A stretch of 64,000 nucleotides of DNA from an uncultured Pseudomonadota bacterium (lineage in GTDB: Bacteria > Pseudomonadota > Alphaproteobacteria > RF32 > CAG-239), in the NCBI GenBank assembly GCA_949292335.1, contig CASEYY010000021.1, positions 2,455 through 66,454 on the forward strand. The letters are read 5' to 3'. This document shows positions 38,585 through 48,201 of this stretch, in pieces. The position numbers and the translations under genes are program-made. The notes below the pieces were generated by a model. That model had not been told where the DNA came from, did no database searches, and worked only from the letters and a program-made list of their open reading frames with translations. The number at the start of each line of letters is the position of its first letter. Within the stretch, counting starts at the first letter, position 1.

Positions 38585-41500
38585 ATGAAATATGATATTT
38601 TGCGTTTTCAAGACACGACATTTTCTTCGGTAGCCAAAGGATTTGAGGCATTTTTGCTTGAAAATTTTGCCCTCAATTCTTCAATAGATATTATCTACAT
38701 AGCTCCCGACGGTGTCGAATTAAACAATGTGGCATCTATTCTGGAATATTTACATCCTGAATTTAAGGTTTTGCGGTTTCCGGCCTGGGACACGGTTCCA
38801 TATGATCGAGTTTCTCCCAGTTCCGCCATAATTTCCCAAAGGATTGATTGTTTATCCGAGCTGGCTCAAAATCCTCAAGCCAAGCAACCGCGAATTATAA
38901 TAACTTCGGTCGGTGCGGTATTACAAAAGTTGCCGCCACGCAAAATTTTTCTTAATTCGATGCGTGAAGTTTCGGTTGGTAGTAAGTTGAATTTTGATGA
39001 TTTTCTTCATTATGCTTCTATTAATGGCTATAATCGTGTAGCTCAGGTTTATGAGCCCGGAGAATACGCCGTTAGAGGCGATATTATCGATATCTTTCCG
39101 GTTGGAACCGACGAACCTCTAAGAATAGACTTGTTTGATGACGAAGTCGAACGCATTCGCAAGTTTGATGTTATGAGTCAACGTACCACCGGCGAACTAC
39201 AATCTTATCAGTTCAAAATAATGAGCGAGGTTGTGCTTGACGCCAATACCATAAAGACCTTCCGCTCCAAATATCGCGAGGCTTTCGGAGCCGATTTCAA
39301 CGGTGATGAGATATATGAAGCGGTTTCAAGCGGCAGAAAATATATTGGTGTTGAAAACTGGCTACCGTTTTTCTACGAAGACGCACTGCCGACTTTGTTT
39401 GATTACTTGCCGCAAGCAGGGATTGTGGTTTCCGATAAAGTTGAAGAGGCAGCCTTGTCCAAGGCCGAAAGCATTGCCGATTATTATCAGGCCAGATTAG
39501 AGGCCTTGAGTATAAAATCGGCTGCCGAAGAGGAATGTTATCGCCCGATAAAGCCGGAACTGTTGTATCTCAGCGAAAAAGAATTCGCAAAAATAATAAA
39601 AGAAAAACATTGCGTTACGCTAACATCTTTAAGTATTCCTCAAACTAACAATGTTATTAATTGTCAAGTTTTGCCGGTTCGCAATTTTTCTTCTGCCAAG
39701 AACATTGCCGCCGGTGAAGTTTATGTCGAACTCAAAAATTATTTGAACGAAAACAAAAAGTTAAAACGGATTATTGCCTGTTATTCTGCCGGCAGTCGCG
39801 AACGCATATTTTCGTTGATGAACGAATTTGAAATACCGGATTTGACCTTTGCCGAAAACTGGGCCGAAGCTCTGCAAAAATCCAAAGATAAAGTCGTGTT
39901 GACCGTAATGCCTTTGGAACACGGCTTTAAGGGCGAGGGATATTGTCTGATTTCCGAGCAAGATATCTTGGGCGAGAAGCAAAACCGCCGCAAACAAAAG
40001 AAATTTACCTCCAAAGATTTTATTGCCGATGTTTCATCTCTCAATGTCGGCGAGTTGGTGGTTCATATAGAACATGGTATCGGCAGATTTATGGGGCTTG
40101 AGAATATAACTGCCGGCGGAGCTCCGCATGATTGCCTTAAAATAATGTACGCCAATGATGCCAAGCTTTTTGTTCCGGTTGAAAATATTGATGTTTTATC
40201 GCGTTATGGGATTGATGACGATAATATCGAGCTTGATTCGTTAGGTGGGGCGGCTTGGGCGGCCAAAAAAGCCAAAGTTAAGGCCAAGATTCGTGATATT
40301 GCCGAGAAATTGATTAAAATTGCCGCCGAACGACAACTCAAAAAAGCCGATTGTTTTACTCCGCCGCAAGGTATGTTTGACGATTTCTGTGCCAGATTTC
40401 CATATAATGAAACCGATGACCAACTAAATGCCATTTCCGATGTTTTGGCTGATTTAAATGCCGCTATACCTATGGACAGATTGGTTTGTGGAGATGTCGG
40501 CTTTGGCAAAACCGAGGTTGCGTTACGGGCGGCTTTTGCCGTTGCGGCTTCCGGAGCTCAAGTTGCGGTAATTGTGCCGACGACCTTATTGGCCCGTCAA
40601 CACTATCAAAACTTTAAGTCTCGTTTAGAAGGTTTTCCGATTAAGGTCAAAATGCTTTCGCGTTTGGTAACACCTAAAGAAGCTCGCGAAACCAAACAAG
40701 GATTGAAAGACGGAGCCGTAGAGATTGTTATCGGCACTCATGCCTTGTTATCGGAAAAAATCGAATTTTGTAATTTGGGCTTGTTAATTATTGATGAAGA
40801 GCAGCATTTTGGTGTTGCTCACAAAGAAAAGTTAAAACAAATCAAGTCTGATGTCCATGTCCTAACCTTAACCGCCACTCCAATACCGAGAACCCTGCAG
40901 CTATCCTTGACCGGAGTAAAGAGTTTGAGTGTTATTGCCACACCTCCGGTTGACCGCTTGGCTGCTCGTTCATTTGTCATGCCGTTTGACAAGGTTATGA
41001 TAAAGGAAGCGGTTTACCGTGAAAAATATCGCGGCGGACAGACTTTCTTTGTTTGCCCTCGTGTTTCGGATATTCACGAGGTTGAAAAAGAACTGCATGA
41101 ACTTTTGCCCGATATCAAGATATTGGTAGCCCATGGGCAAATGCCGGTTAAGCAGTTGGAAGAGGTAATGAATGAGTTTGCCGACGGGCAGGCCGATATG
41201 TTGCTTTCCACCACCATTATTGAATCCGGCATTGATATGCCGAGAGTAAACACCATGATTGTTTATCGAGCCGATATGTTCGGCTTGGCACAATTATATC
41301 AGCTCAAAGGTCGAATCGGACGCAGTAAGGTTCGTGGTTATGCTTATTTTACGGTTCCGCCCAAACGCAAGCTCAAACCGATAGCCGAACGTCGTTTGAG
41401 CATATTGCAGGCCATGGATAGCTTAGGTGCCGGATTTTCTTTGGCCAGTCACGATATGGATATCAGAGGGGCCGGCAATATTTTGGGTGAAGAGCAATCC

Positions 41501-42058
41501 GGACATATTAAAGAGGTTGGTATTTCACTTTACCAACATATGTTGGAAGAAGAAATTTTGCGTTTGCGTTCCGGTGCTGTGGTCGGCGAAGACAATACTG
41601 CCGCAAATGATTGGGCCCCGCAAATATCAACCGGTATACCGATTATGATACCCGAAAGCTATGTCAGAGATTTGGGCATCAGATTAGGACTTTATAAGCG
41701 GATTGGTGATATTAAAGACAAGGAAGGTCTAGCCGATATCAGAGAAGAGTTGATTGACCGCTTTGGTGACCTACCGCCCGAGGTTGAAAACTTGCTCACC
41801 ACGGTTGAAATAAAAACCATGTGCAAAAAAGCCGGTATTGACCGTGTCGATGCCGGTGCCAAAGGTGTGCTTATCGGCTTTAAGAACAATACCTTTGCCA
41901 ACCCCGAAAAGCTGATGGAATTGATAATATCATCTTTCGGTGCCATCAAAGTAAGACCGGACCAAAGACTGTTTATTGAAAAAGATCTCTCGTCTTATGC
42001 CACCAGAATAGCCGCTATCAAACAGTATGTGAGCAAGATTTCGGTTATCAAAGATTAG
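38585..42058 (+). CDS. mfd: transcription-repair coupling factor
   Basis: 1157 aa with a UvrB-like N-terminus, GDVGFGKTEVA, IIDEEQHFGV and a TRCF C-terminal domain. Confidence 0.95.
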   Translation: MKYDILRFQDTTFSSVAKGFEAFLLENFALNSSIDIIYIAPDGVELNNVASILEYLHPEFKVLRFPAWDTVPYDRVSPSSAIISQRIDCLSELAQNPQAKQPRIIITSVGAVLQKLPPRKIFLNSMREVSVGSKLNFDDFLHYASINGYNRVAQVYEPGEYAVRGDIIDIFPVGTDEPLRIDLFDDEVERIRKFDVMSQRTTGELQSYQFKIMSEVVLDANTIKTFRSKYREAFGADFNGDEIYEAVSSGRKYIGVENWLPFFYEDALPTLFDYLPQAGIVVSDKVEEAALSKAESIADYYQARLEALSIKSAAEEECYRPIKPELLYLSEKEFAKIIKEKHCVTLTSLSIPQTNNVINCQVLPVRNFSSAKNIAAGEVYVELKNYLNENKKLKRIIACYSAGSRERIFSLMNEFEIPDLTFAENWAEALQKSKDKVVLTVMPLEHGFKGEGYCLISEQDILGEKQNRRKQKKFTSKDFIADVSSLNVGELVVHIEHGIGRFMGLENITAGGAPHDCLKIMYANDAKLFVPVENIDVLSRYGIDDDNIELDSLGGAAWAAKKAKVKAKIRDIAEKLIKIAAERQLKKADCFTPPQGMFDDFCARFPYNETDDQLNAISDVLADLNAAIPMDRLVCGDVGFGKTEVALRAAFAVAASGAQVAVIVPTTLLARQHYQNFKSRLEGFPIKVKMLSRLVTPKEARETKQGLKDGAVEIVIGTHALLSEKIEFCNLGLLIIDEEQHFGVAHKEKLKQIKSDVHVLTLTATPIPRTLQLSLTGVKSLSVIATPPVDRLAARSFVMPFDKVMIKEAVYREKYRGGQTFFVCPRVSDIHEVEKELHELLPDIKILVAHGQMPVKQLEEVMNEFADGQADMLLSTTIIESGIDMPRVNTMIVYRADMFGLAQLYQLKGRIGRSKVRGYAYFTVPPKRKLKPIAERRLSILQAMDSLGAGFSLASHDMDIRGAGNILGEEQSGHIKEVGISLYQHMLEEEILRLRSGAVVGEDNTAANDWAPQISTGIPIMIPESYVRDLGIRLGLYKRIGDIKDKEGLADIREELIDRFGDLPPEVENLLTTVEIKTMCKKAGIDRVDAGAKGVLIGFKNNTFANPEKLMELIISSFGAIKVRPDQRLFIEKDLSSYATRIAAIKQYVSKISVIKD

Positions 42059-42091
42059 AAAACGACAGTTTTATCAACTGTCGTTTTCTGT
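42058..42091 (+). terminator. terminator hairpin after mfd
   Basis: gaaaacgacagtt / aactgtcgttttc. The 3' arm also encodes the last codons of the convergent 167-aa ORF. Confidence 0.55.
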
Positions 42092-42577
42092 AGAATTTGC
42101 AACATATTCTTGACACATTGCAATTAATTCTTCTTCGGAAACTCCATGTTCTTTGGCTTTGTTTTTTAGATAAGCCAAAAGATATTCCAAAGAAACCGAG
42201 TAGTGTCGCAAAACATGCAACTCTCGCCACGAGTTAAATCTTTTTCCTAAAGCAAATCGGGGCAAAGATTGTAAATCTTCCATACAAATTTCAATCATAT
42301 TCAAAATATTATCTATTTTCCAAAGCATTCTTTCCGAGCATTTAGCTTTTTTCAAAAGCGAAAGACAATCGGTCTTTATTTCATTTGCTTTTTCATTAAA
42401 GATAATAATTTCGGTTGAATTAATACATTCATATGTATCAAAATTATTACTGTTGATTGCTAAAAAATAATTTTTTTCAACCAGATTGGTAATTTGCTCA
42501 AAAATTTCGATATAATCCAATTTTTCACTTTTACGAAAGATTTGATAAATAAAATAATAGTATATTTTTTGTTTCAT
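42074..42577 (-). CDS. hypothetical protein, 167 aa
   Basis: ORF in an AT-rich islet. Helical, with no recognisable domain. Confidence 0.55.
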   Translation of the reverse strand: MKQKIYYYFIYQIFRKSEKLDYIEIFEQITNLVEKNYFLAINSNNFDTYECINSTEIIIFNEKANEIKTDCLSLLKKAKCSERMLWKIDNILNMIEICMEDLQSLPRFALGKRFNSWRELHVLRHYSVSLEYLLAYLKNKAKEHGVSEEELIAMCQEYVANSTENDS

Positions 42578-42702
42578 AGAATAAGAATTAAATAATTACA
42601 CATTGTTGAGTAGGCTATAACGAATTGCCGAAATAAGCAATAAAATATTTACTTAAAGTATAAAATATAGTAGTATCATGACAAAGGGTAGGGACTTTAG
42701 GT

Positions 42703-43365
42703 ATGACAATCAAAGAATGCAAATTTTATAATATGCAGGTAAATCTTATCAAAAACGGCAAAATTTATGCCGAGAGGGCGGCCATTCGCAATGTTTGGCA
42801 AAAAGATAACAATACTTTTTTAGATATTTACATATACAGATTAAATAAGGCATATGTTTTTGATTCCGGTTTTATTCATGATATCACCGACAATTCCCGA
42901 GAGAAATATTATAAAGATGTCGGCAAGTTTGTTTGTGATTTCTATGCAACATGTAAGATATCATCACTAGAGCAAAGTCCAAACAGTGATAATGTTATTT
43001 TTTCTTCAATTAAAGAAGATTTGGTTATATTGCGATTTTTATCCGAAGTCTTAAAAAATAAAAAAGATATCAAAGACAAGATAATCCGTGAATATGTGCG
43101 GGACACCGTAAAATCGGCCCAAAAATTGAGCGACAGATATTTGGATGAATATATAAATAGCATAATTCCCGACAGCAAAGAGTTTTATGCGGCTGTAAGC
43201 AGTCTCAAAAGCAAAACGCCAAAGCAGGCTGAGGACTTATTGCGTAATAGTATAAAGCTGTGTTTATCGGATGGGTATTTAGAGTATCACGAGAGGATGT
43301 ATTTAGCCGATTTGATAGAAGCCTTAAGGAGCTATGGTTTGTTACTTCCGGCAGATATTATATAA
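42703..43365 (+). CDS. hypothetical protein, 220 aa, with a possible TerB-like C-terminal helical domain
   Basis: The C-terminal ...LLRNSIKLCLSDGYLEYHERMYLADLIEAL resembles the TerB/DjlA-N pattern (weak). Confidence 0.55.
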   Translation: MTIKECKFYNMQVNLIKNGKIYAERAAIRNVWQKDNNTFLDIYIYRLNKAYVFDSGFIHDITDNSREKYYKDVGKFVCDFYATCKISSLEQSPNSDNVIFSSIKEDLVILRFLSEVLKNKKDIKDKIIREYVRDTVKSAQKLSDRYLDEYINSIIPDSKEFYAAVSSLKSKTPKQAEDLLRNSIKLCLSDGYLEYHERMYLADLIEALRSYGLLLPADII

Positions 43366-43393
43366 CAAAAGGAGCCTAAAAGGCTCCTTTTGT
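43365..43393. terminator. bidirectional terminator between convergent orphan genes
   Basis: acaaaaggagcc-taaa(a)-ggctccttttgt. Confidence 0.75.
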
Positions 43394-44208
43394 TATTCTG
43401 ATAACGATATTAATGCCACATAATGGCGTTTTGTATCGTAGTAACTTAGGCTTTCAAACAGCACACAAAGTGCTTTATCCAGACCAATCTCCGACCATGA
43501 AGCCGCTGATGTACTCATTGACTTCATATGGAGGCAAGCGTCCCAAGCCTCCAAAATATCTTGTTGTGTATAGCCTTTCTTTCTGGCATCTTGCAACAAG
43601 ATTTTCAAATAAGGAACATCTTCGGCCCCAAAATAGAACGCCGTAGATGAAGGAGCCGTAAGCGGCCTGTATCTCCTGATGTCTTCAGCCATAAAATTAG
43701 GCTTAAGATCAGAATAAGACCTCCATTCTCGATCCAGAGTTTTCATGATTTTCTCTCTGGTTTTTTCGTCTTCATTCGGATTTTCCCACATATAACATGC
43801 AAGAAATTCTTTCAGATGAATGGGCTCCATTAAGAAGATCTTAATTCTGGCTTTTAGTTTTTGCCAAAAACCTTCGGCATTAGCTAGCCGGTAGAACTCT
43901 TTCCGGTACTCAATCCTTTTTTTATGGAGAGCCAGTCCGTTTGTTACCGCCAACTCTTCGGCTTCATCCCAAAATTTGGAAAAAGCCGCCAGATAGAATG
44001 CTTTATCAACGTCAGAAGAAACGACCTCAAACATTGCCACCATGTTTTCTTCTAGTGTGTCCATGATGACAACGTCAATTTCTTTTTTGCAGTCATAATA
44101 ATCACCAAAATTCTGGTAACTCACGACCATTGAATTAAATTTTTTCATAAATAATACATTTTTAAGCCGTCTTTCCTTCTTTAGAAAGAAAAACGGCAGA
44201 TTAGACAT
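43393..44208 (-). CDS. hypothetical protein (about 250-271 aa; start uncertain: 44208 or 44148)
   Basis: Its C-terminal 75 aa are paralogous to the neighbouring 106-aa protein. The ORF opens at 44295 but would then overlap the upstream gene. Confidence 0.55.
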   Translation of the reverse strand: MSNLPFFFLKKERRLKNVLFMKKFNSMVVSYQNFGDYYDCKKEIDVVIMDTLEENMVAMFEVVSSDVDKAFYLAAFSKFWDEAEELAVTNGLALHKKRIEYRKEFYRLANAEGFWQKLKARIKIFLMEPIHLKEFLACYMWENPNEDEKTREKIMKTLDREWRSYSDLKPNFMAEDIRRYRPLTAPSSTAFYFGAEDVPYLKILLQDARKKGYTQQDILEAWDACLHMKSMSTSAASWSEIGLDKALCVLFESLSYYDTKRHYVALISLSE

Positions 44209-44209
44209 T

Positions 44210-44530
44210 TTAGTTACATAGTTCCAAAAAAGCAAGGTAGTGCTTTTTGGTCTCGCTGTAGTTAAGCAAGCCAAAAAATACTGACAATGCTTCACCTAAG
44301 GTTAAATCCTCGGAAGATTTCGCAAAATCTTTTCCTTCGGATTTTATCTCCATCATTTCAGCCCACGCTTCAATCAACTCTTCTTTTGAAAAGCCGATTA
44401 TCAGGCAGTAATTCACGAACTGTCTCAAGTACGGAACTCGTTCTGTCTTAATAAAATTCTCTGTAGTAATTGCCCAACTATGAGGTCTCATATCGAGAAT
44501 CTGGGCAACCTCAAAAATTTTTTTTGCCAT
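44210..44530 (-). CDS. hypothetical protein, 106 aa
   Basis: Shares VPYL..G(F/Y)(S/T)..(E/D)(L/I)(I/L)EAW...KS...L..AL.V.F..L.Y..TK.HY.A with the downstream gene product. Confidence 0.55.
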   Translation of the reverse strand: MAKKIFEVAQILDMRPHSWAITTENFIKTERVPYLRQFVNYCLIIGFSKEELIEAWAEMMEIKSEGKDFAKSSEDLTLGEALSVFFGLLNYSETKKHYLAFLELCN

Positions 44531-44630
44531 AATTGTAATTTTTAATTAATAAATATGTTAACGCAACGACGCTAGCACCATTTTTATCATCCGTCAACTA
44601 TAAAACGACAAAAAAGTTGTTTTTTTTGTC

Positions 44631-44667
44631 AAAAAAGAGGAGGCATAAAACCTCCTCAGATAAAAAA
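44631..44667 (-). terminator. rho-independent terminator ending the long fab/acc operon
   Basis: On the minus strand, gaggagg / cctcctc is followed by tttttt. Confidence 0.7.
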
Positions 44668-44680
44668 CTAAGTTAAACGA

Positions 44681-45319
44681 TTATTGCTGATTAATAAGCA
44701 CAATCTCAACTCTGCGGTTTTGCTCACGTCCGGCAGCTGTTGCATTCGAGGCAATCGGATTTGCCGAGCCATAGCCTGTCGCAATAATACGATTAGCCGC
44801 CACACCCTGCATTTTTAAGAAATCGGCCACGGCATTGGCTCTTCTTTGCGAAAGCGGCATATTTATGGCATCAGAACCGGTGTTATCGGTATAGCCGTTA
44901 ACCTGAACCAGAGTTTTATCATATTCTTTCAAAACCTTAGCAATAGAAACTACAACCGGTTGGAACGAAGATTTGATAAAGGCTTCATTGGTATCAAAGG
45001 TTATATTCCCCGGCATTACCAAATAAATTTTGCCGTCAATTTCTTTAACCTGTACACCGGTCCCGACCAACTCTTTGCGTAGTTTGGCAGCCTGATAATC
45101 CATATATCCGCCGGCAGCAGCACCGCTGGCAGCACCGATTCCGGCTCCGATTAATGCACCTTTTTCACCATCAACCAAGGCACCGATTCCGGCACCCAAT
45201 GCAGTTCCGATTCCGGCACCCCAGGCAGTCTTGGCAACTTTGCTTTCTCCGGTATAAGGATCGGTTGCACAAGCAGTTAACATAACCGCCATCATTCCGG
45301 CAACAATAAATTTTTTCAT
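44681..45319 (-). CDS. OmpA-family lipoprotein (glycine-zipper + OmpA C-terminal peptidoglycan-binding domain)
   Basis: Lipobox MLTAC, Gly-zipper GAGIGTALGAGIGAL, and GYTDNTGSDAINMPLSQRRANAV...RRVEI. Confidence 0.88.
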   Translation of the reverse strand: MKKFIVAGMMAVMLTACATDPYTGESKVAKTAWGAGIGTALGAGIGALVDGEKGALIGAGIGAASGAAAGGYMDYQAAKLRKELVGTGVQVKEIDGKIYLVMPGNITFDTNEAFIKSSFQPVVVSIAKVLKEYDKTLVQVNGYTDNTGSDAINMPLSQRRANAVADFLKMQGVAANRIIATGYGSANPIASNATAAGREQNRRVEIVLINQQ

Positions 45320-46494
45320 TTTTCTTCTCCCGATAGTTTAGAATGTAATAATTTTGCCGAATCAAGACCGGAAGCAACCGCCTCAACAATGGTAGAACCT
45401 CCGATTTTGCAATCTCCGGCATAAATTATTTTCGAATGGTCGAGCGGTTTTTCGGCTCGACTTCCGATTGCTTTGATAATCAAATCAAAACCTTCTCTCT
45501 TGATTGTTGAATTTTCAATATCAACATATCCGCGTTCTCCCGGTTGAGTAGAGCAGGTATATATATCAAGTTTATCGGCATTTTTTTCTACTTTGCAAAC
45601 TCTTGTCGTGGTAACCAAATCTATCTGGTTGTCCAAAAGCTCTTGCATTTCTTTTTTGGTAACTTTCATATCAAAAATCTTGCGTCTGACAAATACCGAG
45701 ATAGTTTCGGCACCTTGCTGTTTGGCAGTCATGGCACAGTCAGCCGCAACATTGCCGCCGCCGATAATACCGACTTTTTTAGCTCCTTCGTAGGTAGTCG
45801 GAGTTTTAAGATAATCGGCATAAGCCACCACATTTTCTTCGCCCTCAACCCCAAGGTCAATGACATTTTGCTCGCCTATGGCCATGATAACGCCGTCAAA
45901 ACCTTTATCAAGCAACTCGGTCGGGTTATCGACTTGAGTTCTAAACTCAACTTCGGCTTTGCCTATCCGTTTGATATAGTTCCAGTCATCTTCAATCACT
46001 TCATAGGGTAGGCGATAATCAGGAATCAGATTAAGAGCACCGCCGACTTTGTCCGATTTTTCAAACAATTTGACGGAGTATCCCAATTTAACCAACTTCC
46101 AAGCTGCCGCCATTCCGGCCGGACCCGAACCGACAATGGCTATTTTTTTATTGTTATCGGGCAATCTGTCCGTATCGGTCATATCTTGGCGATATTTGCT
46201 GATAAGGGTTGCTTGCACCAAAGGAATGTTAATCGGGTGGTCGATTTTAGCTCTCAGACATGCTTTCATGCAAAATTTATCCGGACAAATCAAGCCACAG
46301 GTGTGTCCCATGGGATTGTTTTTGCAGATAGATTGTACGGCTTCGGTAAATTCTCCGGCTTTGGCATGCTGAATAAATTCTTGCGGCGAGCAGTTTACCG
46401 GACAGGCGGTCATACAAGGCTTGGACACACAGTTCAAACATTTGGCGATTTCGGCATCAAGCTGAGGTTTGTTAAGATAGAGCTTGCTCATCAT
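45316..46494 (-). CDS. GltD/PreT-like NAD(P)H-dependent Fe-S flavoprotein oxidoreductase
   Basis: Cys clusters CLNCVSKPCMTACP and CGLICPDKFCMKAC, then IAIVGSGPAGMAAA and VGIIGGGNVAADCA dinucleotide folds. Confidence 0.8.
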   Translation of the reverse strand: MMSKLYLNKPQLDAEIAKCLNCVSKPCMTACPVNCSPQEFIQHAKAGEFTEAVQSICKNNPMGHTCGLICPDKFCMKACLRAKIDHPINIPLVQATLISKYRQDMTDTDRLPDNNKKIAIVGSGPAGMAAAWKLVKLGYSVKLFEKSDKVGGALNLIPDYRLPYEVIEDDWNYIKRIGKAEVEFRTQVDNPTELLDKGFDGVIMAIGEQNVIDLGVEGEENVVAYADYLKTPTTYEGAKKVGIIGGGNVAADCAMTAKQQGAETISVFVRRKIFDMKVTKKEMQELLDNQIDLVTTTRVCKVEKNADKLDIYTCSTQPGERGYVDIENSTIKREGFDLIIKAIGSRAEKPLDHSKIIYAGDCKIGGSTIVEAVASGLDSAKLLHSKLSGEEK

Positions 46495-46501
46495 AAACCT
46501 C

Positions 46502-47245
46502 TTAAATCATAGCCATGCCGCCGTTGACATGGATGGTTTGTCCGGTAATATATCCGGCTTCATCACTGGCCAAAAACAGTGCGGCGTTTGCCACATCATC
46601 GGGAGTTCCCATTTTAGCCATTGGAATATTCTCCAACAACTTTTCTTTAGCCTTTTCGGGTAAAACATCGGTCATCGGAGTTTTGATAAATCCCGGAGCC
46701 AAGCAATTAATGGTAATTCCTCTGGAAGCAACCTCCAAAGCCATTGATTTAGACATTCCGATAAGACCGGCTTTACTTGCGGCATAATTACTTTGTCCGG
46801 CATTTCCGATAACTCCCACAATGGAAGTCATATTGATAATTCGCCCAAAACGGTGCTTAAGCATGCATGGCAACACCGCTTTTGACAACAAAAAGCTTGA
46901 AGTTAGGTTGGTATCCAACACTTTATGCCAAGCCTCGGTTGATATTTTAAGCGACAAATTATCTTTGGTAATGCCGGCATTGTTGATAAGTACATCAATT
47001 TTGCCGCAATCATGCTCAACCTTCGCAACCAAAGAGGCGATATTGTTTTCATCGCTCAGGTCAACGGCATAGATTTTGACATCACCGTTCGGAAGTTCGG
47101 TTTTGCGAAATTCTTCCAGTTTAGCCTCATCGCGACCGACAATGGCAAGCTGAGCTCCTTGTTGTTGAAATAATTTGCAAATTCCGCGTCCGATTCCACC
47201 TGTGGCTCCGGTAATCAATACGGTTTTACCTTGAAAGTTGAGCAT
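46502..47245 (-). CDS. fabG: 3-oxoacyl-ACP reductase
   Basis: TGATGGIGRGI and NYAASKAG. Confidence 0.92.
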   Translation of the reverse strand: MLNFQGKTVLITGATGGIGRGICKLFQQQGAQLAIVGRDEAKLEEFRKTELPNGDVKIYAVDLSDENNIASLVAKVEHDCGKIDVLINNAGITKDNLSLKISTEAWHKVLDTNLTSSFLLSKAVLPCMLKHRFGRIINMTSIVGVIGNAGQSNYAASKAGLIGMSKSMALEVASRGITINCLAPGFIKTPMTDVLPEKAKEKLLENIPMAKMGTPDDVANAALFLASDEAGYITGQTIHVNGGMAMI

Positions 47246-47261
47246 GTTTTATCTCCTTAAT

Positions 47262-48191
47262 TTAGATTGCCTGAGCATAAGATTTGAGCATATCCTCGGC
47301 CGACAAAACTTCCGCTTCCGGTAATATTTTCTTGACCAATCCGGAAATTACATTGCCAAATCCGGTTTCAACAAATCTCTTAGCCCCGTTATCTGCCATA
47401 TAAACCACACTTTCTTGCCATTTAACGGTATTAGTGATTTGTTTAACCAACAAATCTTTAATTTCCTCGGCATTTTCGTAAGGTCTGGCCGAAAGGTTGT
47501 TTATAACCTTAACTCTTGGCTCGGCAAATTTGGTGTTTGCAATAACTTCTGCCATTTTATCGGCAGCAGATTGCATCAAAGGCGAGTGAAAAGCTCCTGA
47601 AACCGGCAACATAATAGCTCTTTTAACACCTTGAGCCTTTGCCTCTTCACAAGCTTTTTCAACTGTTTGGGTCGAGCCGCTTAATACGATTTGTGCCGGA
47701 GAGTTAGAGTTTCCGACAAAACAACCGGCTTCATTTGCAACCGCTTTTGCTTTATCATAATCAAAGCCGATAAGAGCCGCCATCGACCCCGGATTATCAA
47801 TACAAGCCTGCATCATATAAGAACCGCGTGCTTTAAGCAATTTTGCAGTATCTTCCAAAGACAAACTCTCTGCTGTACACAAAGCAGAGTACTCACCCAA
47901 AGAGTGTCCGGCCATGAACTTAACATTATCAATGTTGATTAGGCCTAAACTTTTCAATACTTCGAAATAAGCTATCGAAGCAGCCATAATTGCCGGTTGA
48001 GCATTAGAAGTCTTGTTTAATTCTTCAATCTCGCCGTCAAACATCAAAGCACTTAGTTTGAAGTTTAGAGCCTCATCAACCTTATCAAAGACATCTTTAG
48101 CTACGGCAAAATTTTCGGCCAAATCTTTTCCCATGCCGATTTTTTGCGACCCTTGACCGGGAAAAACCAATACATCAGATATTACTTGCAT
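47262..48191 (-). CDS. fabD: malonyl-CoA:ACP transacylase
   Basis: FPGQGSQ and GHSLGEYSAL. Confidence 0.92.
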   Translation of the reverse strand: MQVISDVLVFPGQGSQKIGMGKDLAENFAVAKDVFDKVDEALNFKLSALMFDGEIEELNKTSNAQPAIMAASIAYFEVLKSLGLINIDNVKFMAGHSLGEYSALCTAESLSLEDTAKLLKARGSYMMQACIDNPGSMAALIGFDYDKAKAVANEAGCFVGNSNSPAQIVLSGSTQTVEKACEEAKAQGVKRAIMLPVSGAFHSPLMQSAADKMAEVIANTKFAEPRVKVINNLSARPYENAEEIKDLLVKQITNTVKWQESVVYMADNGAKRFVETGFGNVISGLVKKILPEAEVLSAEDMLKSYAQAI

Positions 48192-48201
48192 TTTACTTTT
48201 C

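Noticed and set aside
42203-42226. A HEPN-like R-x6-H spacing (WRELHVLRH) in the helical 167-aa orphan protein. This could hint at an RNase toxin.
   Set aside because: A single R/H pair in a Lys/Arg-rich helical protein is expected by chance. The typical R-(N/D)-x3-H context is absent, so I do not support it without a profile match.
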